From an uncultured delta proteobacterium (GTDB lineage Bacteria > Desulfobacterota > Desulfobaccia > Desulfobaccales > 0-14-0-80-60-11): a stretch of 64,000 bases of DNA. Made by a program: the position numbers and the translations under genes. Where the stretch lies: the NCBI GenBank assembly GCA_963812015.1, contig CAWETI010000002.1:559361-623360 (forward strand). The letters are read 5' to 3'. Every line of letters starts with the position of its first letter. Within the stretch, counting starts at the first letter, position 1. The notes beneath the pieces were generated by a model. It saw only the letters and a list, made by a program, of their open reading frames with translations. It made no database searches and was not told where the DNA came from. Below, piece after piece: positions 63,936-64,000 of this stretch.

Positions 63936-64000
63936 TTAACTGTTCAGCCAGTCCGTCTTGGCCAGCAGCCGGCGAAATTTCAGGTCCTTTGCCAGTAGGA
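63936..64000 (-). CDS. 3' end of an unidentified CDS running into the window
   Basis: My minus-strand reading is ..LLAKDLKFRRLLAKTDWLNS*. Only 21 codons are visible. Confidence 0.3.
   Translation of the reverse strand, partial: LLAKDLKFRRLLAKTDWLNS

Overview
GC-rich (roughly 60%) bacterial chromosomal segment, annotated by eye from the ORF track and my own translations. No database search was possible, so all family names are motif-level calls. There are two parts. (1) 1-36.1 kb is mostly core genes. These include the start of the dcw cluster (rsmH, mraZ) with four GTGGG-type MraZ boxes, ruvX, and an envelope glycan/lipid-modification group. Next come a lipid-remodelling trio, an aconitase-family enzyme, usp, a yhaM-like gene, rpoD, a dksA-like gene, a TauE permease, an FkbM methyltransferase and a nitrilase-family hydrolase. 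The part ends with zwf, an ECF transporter pair, a NYN-cold-shock fusion, glgA, copA, an M23 peptidase and tsaC. (2) 36.1-64 kb is accessory. It holds a phage-type recombination module (Cas4-like PD-(D/E)XK nuclease, annealing-protein candidate, XRE repressor), a low-GC block, and a ~23-kb compositionally mosaic polysaccharide locus. That locus carries two decayed IS1595-type copies, one intact IS3-family element, solo IS ends and several pseudogenes. I saw no tRNA, rRNA or CRISPR array. The most unusual structures are these. (a) A 2.7-kb low-GC cargo element (24234-26936) with an intact IS1595-type transposase and orphan ORFs sits inside a palindromic repeat, has 14-15 bp direct repeats and imperfect terminal inverted repeats, and splits the ECF S-component/ATPase pair. 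(b) At least three families of MITE/REP-like palindromic intergenic repeats are concentrated at 19.4-31.3 kb. (c) An 895-aa acyl-activating/carrier/acyltransferase protein lies next to a glycerophosphodiesterase and a geranylgeranyl-reductase-family flavoprotein. I could not identify a clearly novel multi-gene system with confidence. The cargo element and the orphan recombination module are the best candidates for follow-up.
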